Assembly (NCBI GenBank): GCA_964562985.1
Contig: CAZLWE010000005.1
Location: forward strand, 3,241-67,240
Origin: an uncultured Acidimicrobiales bacterium
Lineage (GTDB): Bacteria; Actinomycetota; Acidimicrobiia; Acidimicrobiales; SHLQ01
Direction: 5' to 3'
Length of the DNA stretch: 64,000 nucleotides
The stretch's first letter is position 1, and each line of letters opens with the position of its first letter. Shown piece after piece: positions 28,078 through 37,738 of this stretch. Both the position numbers and the translations under genes were made by a program. The notes beneath the pieces are model-generated. The model was not told the origin of the DNA. It saw only the letters and a list, made by a program, of their open reading frames with translations, and searched no databases.

Positions 28078-29079
28078 ATGGACGAACCTCGCCCACGGTT
28101 ACAACGCGGTGATGTCGGTCCAGCCGTCGTCGACTTACACCGTCACCTCACAATCGCTGGATACCCGATCGAAACCGTGCACCTCGATCGCTTCGATGGC
28201 ATTACCCACGATGCCGTAACCGCATTTCAGCGCCGACGCGGCTTGGAAGCAACCGGCACCGTTGGCGGCGAGACTTGGCGATCGCTACACGAGGCCGGGC
28301 ATCATTTCGGTGAGCGACTGCTATGCCGTCGGACGCCAATGATGCGAGGCGATGACGTCGCCGAGCTACAACTGCTCTTGGGAAGTCTCGGTTTCGATAC
28401 CGGGTGGATCGACGGAATCTTCGGTCCAGAAACCGAAGATGCAACCGCAGACTTTCAACGCAACGCAGGATTGCCTGTCGACGGTGTGGCCGGACCGACC
28501 ACCATCTCCACCTTGACCAGACTTCGCCTTTCTGCAAACGCTGCTCGGCCAGTCGCAGCAGTTCGCGAACGTGAACGACTTCGAGGTGGATCACAAGGAC
28601 TCGTCGGACGCCGAATAGTGGTCGGCGATCTTGGTCAATCACCGGCCATCGCTGGTGAAATTGGTGCCAAGCTCCGAGGAGAAGGCGCTCGGGTTCTCCT
28701 ATTGCACCACCGCGACGGTTCTACCCACGCTCGCGCCGCCAACCAGTTCGACGCGGAGATTTACCTCGGTCTGATCGCAGTCGACGAGGAAACATGCAGC
28801 GTGTCCTTCTATGAAACCGACGCTTTCTCAAGTTACGGCGGTCGCGACATCGCCAACCTCGCCACGGACACGCTGTCGCTGGCGCTTCGAATCCCCGGAG
28901 AGACGATCGGTACTCGATCTCCGGTACTTCGTGAAACGCGTATGCCTGCCGTCGTCTTTCGCCTAGGACCTCAGAGTGAACTCGAGTCTGCACGGAGCAC
29001 TGTCGCTACCGCGATCCACGAAGCGATGGTGCAATGGGTGGATGAGCTCGAGAGCACCGAACGAACGGTGTCTTCGTAA
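28078..29079 (+). CDS. CwlM-like protein: peptidoglycan-binding domains plus a degenerate Amidase_3 domain
   Basis: Two PG-binding repeats (DGIFGPETEDA..FQR..GL..DG..GP.T); the amidase fold lacks its Zn ligands; synteny trxA-cwlM-parB. Confidence 0.8.
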   Translation: MDEPRPRLQRGDVGPAVVDLHRHLTIAGYPIETVHLDRFDGITHDAVTAFQRRRGLEATGTVGGETWRSLHEAGHHFGERLLCRRTPMMRGDDVAELQLLLGSLGFDTGWIDGIFGPETEDATADFQRNAGLPVDGVAGPTTISTLTRLRLSANAARPVAAVRERERLRGGSQGLVGRRIVVGDLGQSPAIAGEIGAKLRGEGARVLLLHHRDGSTHARAANQFDAEIYLGLIAVDEETCSVSFYETDAFSSYGGRDIANLATDTLSLALRIPGETIGTRSPVLRETRMPAVVFRLGPQSELESARSTVATAIHEAMVQWVDELESTERTVSS

Positions 29080-29099
29080 TCGAACGTTCGTTCGATTAC
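29076..29099. terminator. hairpin between the convergent cwlM-like gene and parB (likely bidirectional terminator)
   Basis: GTAATCGAAC-GTTC-GTTCGATTAC, a perfect 10-bp stem. Confidence 0.65.
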
Positions 29100-29986
29100 T
29101 ACTTCGCTATCACCCGGTAGATGCGCTCAAGATCGCTCAGATCTGCATAGTCGATCACGATCTTGCCCTTTTTCGCGCCGAGGGACACCCCAACCCGAGT
29201 GTCCAGATGCTCTGACAGGAGTCGTTCGAGCTCCAACAGAGCGGGGGCGCGGGTATCACCCACGGTCCGCTTCTTCGATTTCGACGGCCCACCGGAGTCT
29301 GCGTCACCCGCTGGATCACCAGCAAGGTCTTCACCACGAAGTAGTTGCTCAAGTTCTCGAACGGTCAGTTGCTCATCGACACAACGTTCGGCCAAGCTGA
29401 CCTGTGCATCCTCGTCTTCGCAACCGAGAATCGTTCGGGCATGGCCCGCACTGAGCTGTCCATTCCCGACAAGACGCTGCACTCCCATCGGGAGCGCCAG
29501 GAGCCGGAGGATATTGCCCACCGCAGGACGAGACTTACCAACTCGCTTCGCGATCTTTGCTTGGGTAAAGCCGAAGTCGTCCACAAGCTGCTGATACGCC
29601 GCAGCCTCTTCGAGCGCGTTGAGGTCTTGACGATGCAGGTTCTCCACGAGCGCCTGTTCAAGGGAGGCCGTATCGTCCGCGTCGCGGACGATCACCGGAA
29701 TATCTTGCAGTCCAGCACGCTTTGCCGCTCGCCAACGTCGCTCCCCCGCGATCAACTCATAGCTATCACCATCACGGCGTACCAGAAGCGGCTGAAGCAC
29801 ACCGAGTTCTCGGACGGAGTTCGTCAACGAGTCCAACGTCTCCTCGTCAAAGTGATCTCGCGGCTGATACTGATTTGCGCGGATGGACGACACCGCCACC
29901 GTTTGAAAGGTCGCTTCGGGATCATCGGTGACGTCTGACGGAATCAGTGCGCCAAGACCTCGGCCGAGGCCGCTTGGACGGGTCAT
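29099..29986 (-). CDS. parB: chromosome partitioning protein ParB
   Basis: GLGRGLGALI, YELIAGERRWRAA, ENLHRQDLN, HTH with GKSRPAV.N.LRLL. Confidence 0.97.
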   Translation of the reverse strand: MTRPSGLGRGLGALIPSDVTDDPEATFQTVAVSSIRANQYQPRDHFDEETLDSLTNSVRELGVLQPLLVRRDGDSYELIAGERRWRAAKRAGLQDIPVIVRDADDTASLEQALVENLHRQDLNALEEAAAYQQLVDDFGFTQAKIAKRVGKSRPAVGNILRLLALPMGVQRLVGNGQLSAGHARTILGCEDEDAQVSLAERCVDEQLTVRELEQLLRGEDLAGDPAGDADSGGPSKSKKRTVGDTRAPALLELERLLSEHLDTRVGVSLGAKKGKIVIDYADLSDLERIYRVIAK

Positions 29987-30849
29987 TCTTCTTCTCCTTG
30001 ATCAGCGGAGGGCTCGCTTGGCGCCGTGCCAGCATCGGAATCTTCCTCGCCCAAATCCAACTCGTTGCCCATCACTTCGTTCGCGAGATCTCGATATGCC
30101 TGCGCCCCGCGATTGTCTGGATCAAAGACCGTGATCGGTTGACCATACGAAGGTGCCTCAGAGAGTCGCACCACTCTCGGGATCACGATCTTGCAGACCT
30201 TTTCACCAAAGTGGCTCCGGACTTCGTCGACAACTTGACCGGCAAGCTTCGTTCGAGCGTCGTACATCACCAACACAATCGTGGAGATCTCCAACTCTGG
30301 GTTCAGGCTCTTGCGAACAAGCTCGACATTGCGGACAAGTTGGCCGACACCCTCGAGCGCGTAGTACTCACATTGGATCGGAACCAGAACTTCGGTAGCG
30401 GCGACCAGTGCATTAATGGTGAGGAGCCCAAGCGACGGTGGGCAGTCGATAAAGACGAAGTCATAGTCATCGGCAATCGGCGTGAGCGCGTCGATAAGCC
30501 GGCGTTCGCGATTGAACCCGGGCACTAACTCAATCTCAGCTCCTGCCAGATCGAGACTAGACGGAGCGACAAAGAGGCCTTCAACGTCTGCAGCGGGTTC
30601 GAGCGTGTCCTCAAGAGGAGTATCCCCTAACAACACGTCGTACATATTCTTCTCGATAGCTCGAGGATTGATTCCGAGCCCGGTGCTTGCATTCGCTTGA
30701 GGATCAAGGTCTATGAGAAGCACCCGGTTGCCAAGCTCCGCTAAAGCAGCACCAAGATTGACCGTTGTGGTGGTCTTTCCAACGCCGCCTTTTTGGTTCG
30801 CAATCGCAATAACTCGCGTCCCGCTACCTGTTCCCATAGGTTCAGTCAT
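29983..30849 (-). CDS. parA: chromosome partitioning ATPase ParA/Soj
   Basis: NQKGGVGKTTT, DLDPQAN, IDCPPSLG and QCEYYALEG motifs. Confidence 0.97.
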   Translation of the reverse strand: MTEPMGTGSGTRVIAIANQKGGVGKTTTTVNLGAALAELGNRVLLIDLDPQANASTGLGINPRAIEKNMYDVLLGDTPLEDTLEPAADVEGLFVAPSSLDLAGAEIELVPGFNRERRLIDALTPIADDYDFVFIDCPPSLGLLTINALVAATEVLVPIQCEYYALEGVGQLVRNVELVRKSLNPELEISTIVLVMYDARTKLAGQVVDEVRSHFGEKVCKIVIPRVVRLSEAPSYGQPITVFDPDNRGAQAYRDLANEVMGNELDLGEEDSDAGTAPSEPSADQGEEE

Positions 30850-30927
30850 ATCGACCCTAAGGTACTACCAAAGAACCACCCGTTGGTGACACTGGAGAGA
30901 TTTGTGCCGAATTACCCAGCAGATGAT

Positions 30928-30943
30928 TGTTTCACGTGAAACA
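30928..30943. other. parS centromere site 1
   Basis: Perfect palindrome TGTTTCACGTGAAACA. Confidence 0.96.
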
Positions 30944-31062
30944 TTTGCGTGTGCTGCTGCCGTGAGCCGGTAGTTCCGCTGAGCACGCAGAGCGAAGCGA
31001 ACGTGCGATTGGAACCCGTGCCGCCAAAATAGCGAAGCGATGGCGGCTAAGGCTTCAGATAA

Positions 31063-31078
31063 TGTTTCACGTGAAACA
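31063..31078. other. parS centromere site 2
   Basis: Perfect palindrome TGTTTCACGTGAAACA, 135 bp from site 1. Confidence 0.96.
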
Positions 31079-31093
31079 CTTCTTGTTCTTCTT

Positions 31094-31705
31094 CTAGAAC
31101 AAGGGTTTCTTGCGGGCGCCTTTGCGGGGGAGAGACGGGAGTTCTCGCTCCGTTCGTTGAAATCGTAGGTACCGGCCCGCATCTGTCGTCCACTCATGAT
31201 CTCGGGCTAGTCCTGTTGTTTCTTCAACTTCGGTCATTGGCCAGCGAGCATCCATGTCCCCATCAAACGGTTCGCTGGTTATGAGTCCCCCTCCAGGGCG
31301 AAGGAATCCTGACGCGCATTCTGCGGTGTCCGCTGGTGGGCCAAATGACCGCGCTGTTACCCAATCCGCCGACCCTCGAAGCGTCGAACGGGCTGCCACT
31401 ATCGCGTCGCCGGTGTACACCTCGACTCGGTCGCTCAGTGCAAGCCGTCGAATCGCCCGACGGAGCAAGTCCGTCCGTCCTTCTCGTCGTTCAATGAGGG
31501 TCCATTGCGTGTCTGGGCACGCGTCGGCAAGGATGAGCCCGGGGATCCCTACTCCGGTACCGAGATCGACGCAGTAGCCCTGTAGCGATTCACCCTGGGC
31601 CAAAAATGCAATGAACCCCATGGCATGTCGGCCATGGGGTTCACTTTCGCCGCCGATCTGTCCTGCTCGAATACCTTCTTGCAGAATTTCATCGACGGGC
31701 CGCAT
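31094..31705 (-). CDS. rsmG: 16S rRNA m7G527 methyltransferase
   Basis: VDLGTGVGIPG, LIERREGR and VTARSFG motifs; position between jag and parA. Confidence 0.85.
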   Translation of the reverse strand: MRPVDEILQEGIRAGQIGGESEPHGRHAMGFIAFLAQGESLQGYCVDLGTGVGIPGLILADACPDTQWTLIERREGRTDLLRRAIRRLALSDRVEVYTGDAIVAARSTLRGSADWVTARSFGPPADTAECASGFLRPGGGLITSEPFDGDMDARWPMTEVEETTGLARDHEWTTDAGRYLRFQRTERELPSLPRKGARKKPLF

Positions 31706-31714
31706 ATCGTGAGT

Positions 31715-32716
31715 CTAGGAGACCGGGCGGATCACCACCCGGCGACGAGGCTCTTGTCCCTCGGACCCAGTCTCGACTCCGTCAACCTCAGAAATAGCAT
31801 CATGAACGACCTTGCGGTCGGCAGCGCTCATCGGCTCAAGGAGCTTCTCATTACCCGACTCTGCCACTTCGGTTGCAAGCTTCTGCGCAAACTCTCCCAG
31901 AGCCGCTGTCCGTCGCATGCGGTAGCCAGCAACATCAACGCGCAGTCGATCGGTCTTGGCTCCTTCAGCATTTCGCTGCACCACCGTGCGAGTGAGCTCC
32001 TGAAGTGCGCTGAGCGTGTTGCCCTTCGGTCCGACAAGGAGACCAAGCTCTTCACCGCTGACGGCGAGCTCGATCGCCCCATCATCGGCCTCTTCTTCGA
32101 CCAGGGCAACCGAACCGGTCATCCCGAAGGAAGTCAGCACGCCCTCCAGGAAACCATAGGCAACCTCTTCTTGTTCTTCTCTAGTTACTGTTGCTTCCAT
32201 TGTTTCCTTCTTCCCCGAAACCTTCTCGCTGCCCACAGTAGCTGCCGCTGCTGTGTTGCCTGAGCCCTTTTGTCCATCGCCGTCATTACGATGACCGCCT
32301 TGCTTGTTGGCTTGCTTGTTCTTGTTTTGATTCGACGACTTTGAGCCGTTTCCATTGCCGGCTTTCGAACGGTTGTTCTCATTCGACTTCGACTTCGCGC
32401 CACCGTTGTTGTTCGATGACTTACCCGAGTTTCTATTGTTGCCACCGTTGTTGCCGCCGCCTTGGCTCTTGCCGTTGCGATTGCGGTTGCGGTTGCGGTT
32501 TCCCCCATTTCGGGAGCGTCGTTCATCTTTCGCGGCAGGCTGGCGAGGTCGAACACGTGCGCGAACCTTCGCCTCAACCTTTACACGGCCAAAGAGACCC
32601 TTTTGCACATCATTGACAACATCGAATTCAGCCTCATCGGCCACAATTCCAAGCTGATCGAGTGCATTGCTCTTCGCCTCATCGAGCGTGGTGCCTGATG
32701 TGGTGATCCAATCCAT
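31715..32716 (-). CDS. jag: Jag/EloR (KhpB) RNA-binding protein with KH and R3H domains
   Basis: N-terminal Jag_N, LVGPKGNTLSALQ KH domain, PMSAADRKVVHD R3H domain. Confidence 0.92.
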   Translation of the reverse strand: MDWITTSGTTLDEAKSNALDQLGIVADEAEFDVVNDVQKGLFGRVKVEAKVRARVRPRQPAAKDERRSRNGGNRNRNRNRNGKSQGGGNNGGNNRNSGKSSNNNGGAKSKSNENNRSKAGNGNGSKSSNQNKNKQANKQGGHRNDGDGQKGSGNTAAAATVGSEKVSGKKETMEATVTREEQEEVAYGFLEGVLTSFGMTGSVALVEEEADDGAIELAVSGEELGLLVGPKGNTLSALQELTRTVVQRNAEGAKTDRLRVDVAGYRMRRTAALGEFAQKLATEVAESGNEKLLEPMSAADRKVVHDAISEVDGVETGSEGQEPRRRVVIRPVS

Positions 32717-32719
32717 TGA

Positions 32720-33886
32720 TTACCTCTTCTTTTTCTTGCGCGCCTTGGGCTCAACATGTGTCCGAGCACTAGCGCTTCGACCGCTGGCATTTCGACCTGG
32801 AGCAGAACTCCTCGCCTTTACCGCAGTCTTTGATTTTGACGAATTCTTGGCACCGCCGCCCTTGCCGCCGCCGTTTTTGGGCTTCTTTCCACCGCCGTTG
32901 TTCTTGCCACCCTTATTCGAGTTCTTTCCACCGCCGTTGTTGCCGCCGCCCTTGGGCCCCTTCTTGCCACTACCACCCTTGTTCGAACCGCCATCACCGT
33001 CTTGAGGGCCCCTCTTTCCAGACGCTTCACGGTTCTTACGGACCTGCGCTCCCAAGGAATCTTCACCGGAATAGAACTGACGAGTGATGTAGTACTGCTG
33101 AGCGATTCGGTAGATGTTGGAGACCAGGAAGTAGAACACGATTGCGGCCGGCAACGTGAAGGAGAAGACGGGGAGGAAGAAGGGAATGATCTTCATCACC
33201 ATTTCCTGGGTGGGGTTGATTGGCGCTCCGGTTTGGCGACGACGAATCATCTGATGCTGCAGCCAGCCACTGACGCCCACCACCAGCACCAAAATCAAGT
33301 AGGGGAGGGCGTCGGAGATACCTTGACCACTAAGCACTTCGCTAGCGGAGCGTGAGATATCGAATCCGAGAGCCTCCATGCGATTCGAGCTCGACAAGTC
33401 CGTAAACAGTTGGCTATCTCGGTCCACAAATGCGGGATTGAACTGGTTTAGCTCCGCATTTTCAAAGGTCCCAAGTTCCGTGTCACTGGTGACGTTTCCG
33501 GCGGTCGCGCCGATCTGAAAGCCAATGTTGGTTGCTCGGCGAGTCAACCCAAGAATGACGCGATACAGCACCAAGAAGATCGGTATCTGGAACAACAGGG
33601 GCAAACAGCCACCAACGGGGTTGATGTTGTTCTCTTGATAGAACTCCATCAACTCTTTGTTCATGGCCTCCTTGTCGTCGCCCTTGCCTCCCTTGTGTTT
33701 GTCCTGGATCGCCTTAAGTTCGGGCTGCAACAGTGACATCTGCAGTTGCGAGCGCGTTCCCTTCAGCGTCAGTGGTGTAGAGATCACCAATACGACGAGC
33801 GTCAACAAGACGATCGCCACGACATAGGAGTTGATGCCGTTGAGGTCGTAGAAGAAGGATAGAAGATCCGCGAGGAGATCGAACAT
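32720..33886 (-). CDS. yidC: membrane protein insertase YidC
   Basis: LQPELKAIQ, NPVGGCLPLLFQIPI, YFLVSN; long basic G/N/K tail. Confidence 0.95.
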   Translation of the reverse strand: MFDLLADLLSFFYDLNGINSYVVAIVLLTLVVLVISTPLTLKGTRSQLQMSLLQPELKAIQDKHKGGKGDDKEAMNKELMEFYQENNINPVGGCLPLLFQIPIFLVLYRVILGLTRRATNIGFQIGATAGNVTSDTELGTFENAELNQFNPAFVDRDSQLFTDLSSSNRMEALGFDISRSASEVLSGQGISDALPYLILVLVVGVSGWLQHQMIRRRQTGAPINPTQEMVMKIIPFFLPVFSFTLPAAIVFYFLVSNIYRIAQQYYITRQFYSGEDSLGAQVRKNREASGKRGPQDGDGGSNKGGSGKKGPKGGGNNGGGKNSNKGGKNNGGGKKPKNGGGKGGGAKNSSKSKTAVKARSSAPGRNASGRSASARTHVEPKARKKKKR

Positions 33887-34107
33887 CAGTTCGCCTTTCG
33901 AACAGGTACGGGGTCATATCCATGACCGCCCCAGGGGTGGCACCGACAAATTCGTTTGACGCCGAGCCACGTCCCACGGCACAAGCCATGGTCGGCAATC
34001 GCTTCGTCGGTGTAGAGCGAGCACGACGGCGTGTATCGACACGTGGGCGGTCGAGTGACCGACCACGATCGGTACAACGCAATAAGCCGTCGCGCGATGA
34101 TGGTCAT
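33886..34107 (-). CDS. yidD: membrane protein insertion efficiency factor YidD
   Basis: [26 protein letters not shown]. Confidence 0.95.
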   Translation of the reverse strand: MTIIARRLIALYRSWSVTRPPTCRYTPSCSLYTDEAIADHGLCRGTWLGVKRICRCHPWGGHGYDPVPVRKAN

Positions 34108-34108
34108 C

Positions 34109-34453
34109 TCAGCCGGTTTCCATTGATTTATCAATGTTTTTCATGGTCTCAACGAGTTGATCACGCAATTCGGCATAGCTTCGCCGAACGGCACTTGGAT
34201 ATACGACAATCATTGCTGATTCAATGCGGGTTGAGCGGTCACCCACTATCTCGCTCAGCGCAGCTCGCAGGCGGCGCCGAAGACGATTGCGTACGACCGC
34301 GTTACCGACCTTGCGTGAAATCGAGAACGCCACTTGAGGCGAATCTGTTCCGGATCCGGTCAGATATCGAATCCGCAGATCTCGAGACTTCACGCTGTCC
34401 CCATCAGCAAACAGTGTTGCGATGGTTCCGCGATCGGTAATGCCCGAGATCAA
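34109..34453 (-). CDS. rnpA: ribonuclease P protein component
   Basis: [22 protein letters not shown] (RNR motif). Confidence 0.92.
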   Translation of the reverse strand: MISGITDRGTIATLFADGDSVKSRDLRIRYLTGSGTDSPQVAFSISRKVGNAVVRNRLRRRLRAALSEIVGDRSTRIESAMIVVYPSAVRRSYAELRDQLVETMKNIDKSMETG

Positions 34454-34584
34454 GCAGCCAGCTTGTGCCGACCCTTGCGGCGCCGGTTTTTGATGATCTC
34501 ACGACCCGCACGGGTGGACATCCGTGACCGAAAACCATGCTTTTTCGCCCGTTTGCGGACATTTGGCTGATACGTACGCTTCAT
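34450..34584 (-). CDS. rpmH: 50S ribosomal protein L34
   Basis: [28 protein letters not shown]. Confidence 0.98.
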   Translation of the reverse strand: MKRTYQPNVRKRAKKHGFRSRMSTRAGREIIKNRRRKGRHKLAA

Positions 34585-34832
34585 AACAATCTCCGTACTG
34601 GTGGGCGTTAGGCGATGCATACACGCTCGTACCACCGAGGTTGAGCATGTTGTCGAAGTGGGGACGCACCCGCAGCCAACGCGAAAGAAGAACTTGGCAA
34701 TACTAGCCCAAACAGCGGCGATTTCAACAGGTCACCCTGTGGTAGGCGCGCGATTCGACAACGAGGAAAGATTCGCGCGAATGTCGCGAGCCTCAATAGC
34801 GAGAACGCGCGAAATTCCAACAGTTTTGGATG

Positions 34833-34922
34833 TTTTCCACACCCAGTTGGCGTTGACCGCAAAGCCGCGCGAGGGTTGCAAGATCCGTTGCTTTCCACAC
34901 CTGTGGAGAGTGCTGTGGAAAG
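34833..34922. other. DnaA-box cluster upstream of dnaA (oriC left part / dnaA autoregulation)
   Basis: TTTTCCACA 34833, CTTTCCACA 34891, TGTGGAGAG 34902, TGTGGAAAG 34914. Confidence 0.75.
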
Positions 34923-34926
34923 AGGG

Positions 34927-36363
34927 ATGACATCTGACATGCGTGACGCGGTCAAACTCTGGGAGAGTTGCTCAGCGCTTATTCGCGCACAAGTGTCCGA
35001 TGCGGTGTGGAATACGACGTTTCATAACATTGAAGCGATCGATCTGACCACCGACGAAATCACGGTTGTCGTTCCGTCTCAAATCATCAAAGAACGCATA
35101 GAAGCCAGATATTTGGCCATTGTGCGAGACGCGATCACCGAAACCCACCGAGGGCCCCTCGATATGTCGCTGCAAGTTCGTGCAGACGACACGATTGGAC
35201 TCGATGAGCAAACGCTTCTCGGCCTGGACTCCACCGTCTTGGATCTCACCGAAGACGATCCTCGCCTAGATGTGCAGCTACCGGACGTCTCCACGGTCGA
35301 AGCCCGCCCTGAGCCCGTCGGTGAACTTCCAGGTCGTCCACCTGTTGGCGGAGACCAGTACACCTTTGACGCGTTCGTTACCGGTACCGGTAACCGGTTC
35401 GCCCACGCCGCGGCCTTGTCTGTTGCCGAAACGCCCGCCAAGTCCTATAACCCGCTCTTCATCTATGGAGACGCCGGCCTCGGCAAGACCCACTTGCTCC
35501 GAGCTATCGAGAACTACGTCCATACGCACTACCCCCACTTCACCGTGCGATACGTATCAACCGAGACGTTCCTCAACGAATTCGTCGACGCTATTCGACA
35601 GAACACCACTATCCAGTTCAAACGCCGCTACCGAGAAATCGATGTACTTCTCGTCGACGACATCCAATTCGTTGAAGGTAAAGAAGGTCTCCAAGAAGAG
35701 TTCTTCCATACCTTCAACACGTTGCATCAGGCCAACCGTCAGATCGTCTTGACCTGTGACCGGCCGCCCGATTCGATTCCCACTCTGGAAGATCGGCTGC
35801 GGAGTCGTTTCAAGATGGGGCTCATCACCGATATCCAGCCCCCTGACGTAGAGACCCGTCTCGCGATTCTTCACAAGAAGGCTGAAAACGCGAAAGTCGA
35901 CATTCCCCACGACGTGCTGATGTTCATCGCTGAGCGTGTGACCGACAACATTCGAGAACTCGAGGGCGCGCTTACCCGCGTGACCGCATTTTCCAATCTC
36001 ACTGGGGAACCACTGACAATCGATATGTGCCAACGAGTACTCAGTGATCTACTCACGGCCAAACAACCCCGTCAGATCACCGCCGAGATGATCCTCACCG
36101 AAACCGCTGACATGTTTGGTTTCACCATCGATGAGATAACAGGAGCATCACGACGTCGGCCTCTCGTGACCGCACGACAGGTCGCCATGTATGTCTGCCG
36201 TGAAGCCACCGAGCTTTCCTATCCGGCCATCGCCCGTGAATTTGGTGGTCGAGATCACACGACGGTCATCCATGCGGTCGACAAGATCACCAATCTGATG
36301 GCGGAACGTCGCCAGATCTACGACCAAGTCACTGAGCTAAACGCACGGCTCCGATCGAACTAG
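34927..36363 (+). CDS. dnaA: chromosomal replication initiator DnaA
   Basis: YNPLFIYGDAGLGKTHLL, LLVDDIQF, RELEGAL, RQVAMY and GGRDHTTV motifs. Confidence 0.99.
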   Translation: MTSDMRDAVKLWESCSALIRAQVSDAVWNTTFHNIEAIDLTTDEITVVVPSQIIKERIEARYLAIVRDAITETHRGPLDMSLQVRADDTIGLDEQTLLGLDSTVLDLTEDDPRLDVQLPDVSTVEARPEPVGELPGRPPVGGDQYTFDAFVTGTGNRFAHAAALSVAETPAKSYNPLFIYGDAGLGKTHLLRAIENYVHTHYPHFTVRYVSTETFLNEFVDAIRQNTTIQFKRRYREIDVLLVDDIQFVEGKEGLQEEFFHTFNTLHQANRQIVLTCDRPPDSIPTLEDRLRSRFKMGLITDIQPPDVETRLAILHKKAENAKVDIPHDVLMFIAERVTDNIRELEGALTRVTAFSNLTGEPLTIDMCQRVLSDLLTAKQPRQITAEMILTETADMFGFTIDEITGASRRRPLVTARQVAMYVCREATELSYPAIAREFGGRDHTTVIHAVDKITNLMAERRQIYDQVTELNARLRSN

Positions 36364-36383
36364 CGCGACTGTTCGCGCGGAAA

Positions 36384-36610
36384 GTGTTCACAGGCAGTGG
36401 AAAACATGGGGATAACTTCACTATCGCCTGGTCACAAGCATGTGTGCAGCCAACGTCAAACTGTGGAGCTCGCGCAAGTCATCCACCGCGCGGATGTTCG
36501 ATCGACTCTTTTCTGTGGACTCGGTGGACAAACACTGAACGCGAAATCGTTCATTTTCCAGTCAAAAACGACTATCGTCCACAATCCACACGCCTATTGC
36601 TTCCTACTAC
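36384..36610. other. oriC (dnaA-dnaN intergenic): DnaA boxes plus putative DnaA-trio unwinding site
   Basis: TGGGGATAA 36407, TGTGGACTC 36514, GGTGGACAA 36523, TCGTCCACA 36575, CAATCCACA 36582, followed by CGC-CTATTGCTTCCTACTAC. Confidence 0.8.
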
Positions 36611-36646
36611 CGAATCCAATCCAACTCGATGGAGAAATGTGGACCG

Positions 36647-37738
36647 ATGAAATTCCGATGTGAACGTGATGTTCTCCTCGATGCACTAAGCACTGCAGGA
36701 CGAGCTGTTGGTGGTCGCGCAGGCAACGTTGCGCTGAGCGGACTACATCTCGAGCTCGCAGGTGATGAGCTACGAGTAACTGGATCTGATCTCGACATGA
36801 CTATCGCCCAATCGGTCGTAGTGGCAGGAGATACCGACGGCATTGTTGTGGCTCCATCAAAGCTGCTCGCCGATATTGTGCGGGCCCTCGGGCCAGGCGC
36901 CGTCGATGTGATTGTTGATGGCGAAGAGATTCAAATCACTGCAGGTCGATCAGAGTTCTCTATGCGGACGATTCCTGCCGATGATTTCCCTCGGGTCGGA
37001 TCACCAGAGGGTGACGAGGTTACATTGAGCGCTGCGGCACTTTCCGATGCGCTAACCCAAGTAGTGAAGGCTGCATCGGGAGATGACTCTCGTCCAATCC
37101 TCACCGGCGTTCTGCTCGCTGCAGAAGGTGAAGGTCTCCGGTTGGTTTCGACCGACTCGTATCGGTTGGCCGTTCGTGATTTGCCGGGTACGACGGTGCT
37201 CGATAGTGACCAGTCGGTTCTTGTTCCATCGCGAGCATTGGCCGAACTAAATCGAGTGTTTGGTGAGAACGACGAGGTATCGCTGCGCCTTGGTGAACGT
37301 GATGCGAGCTTTGAGGTCGGCGGCACCCAAGTAGTGACCAGGTTGATTGAAGGCGAGTTCCCGAATTATCGCGGCTTGATTCCCGAGAGTTATCCCAACG
37401 AGCTCACCGTAAATCGAGCGGAGCTCCTCGAAGCGGTTCGGCGTGTACGACTCATGGCTCAAGAAGCCACCCCAATTCGTCTGAGCATGCGTGCTGATGC
37501 CTTGGAGCTCGTTGCTGTTACCCAAGACGTTGGCCAGGCCCAAGAAGTGCTCGACGCGAGCTACACGGGTGAAGAGTTGACGGTTGCCTTTAACCCGGAC
37601 TACCTGATCGATGGTATCGAGGTCACTCGAGGTGAAGAGGTAGCGCTACAAACCGTGGACCCGTTGAAGCCAGCCGTGATGCGCGGGGCCGATTCTGAGG
37701 ACTTCTTGTACCTACTGATGCCCGTTCGCGTTTCGTAG
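36647..37738 (+). CDS. dnaN: DNA polymerase III beta sliding clamp
   Basis: MKFRCERDVL, VSTDSYRLA, RLIEGEFPNY, AFNPDYLIDG and YLLMPVR motifs. Confidence 0.98.
   Translation: MKFRCERDVLLDALSTAGRAVGGRAGNVALSGLHLELAGDELRVTGSDLDMTIAQSVVVAGDTDGIVVAPSKLLADIVRALGPGAVDVIVDGEEIQITAGRSEFSMRTIPADDFPRVGSPEGDEVTLSAAALSDALTQVVKAASGDDSRPILTGVLLAAEGEGLRLVSTDSYRLAVRDLPGTTVLDSDQSVLVPSRALAELNRVFGENDEVSLRLGERDASFEVGGTQVVTRLIEGEFPNYRGLIPESYPNELTVNRAELLEAVRRVRLMAQEATPIRLSMRADALELVAVTQDVGQAQEVLDASYTGEELTVAFNPDYLIDGIEVTRGEEVALQTVDPLKPAVMRGADSEDFLYLLMPVRVS

Noticed and set aside
34601-34955. ORFs in the rpmH-dnaA and dnaA-dnaN (36384-36663) gaps
   Set aside because: They overlap DnaA-box arrays and have no protein motifs; treated as spurious.
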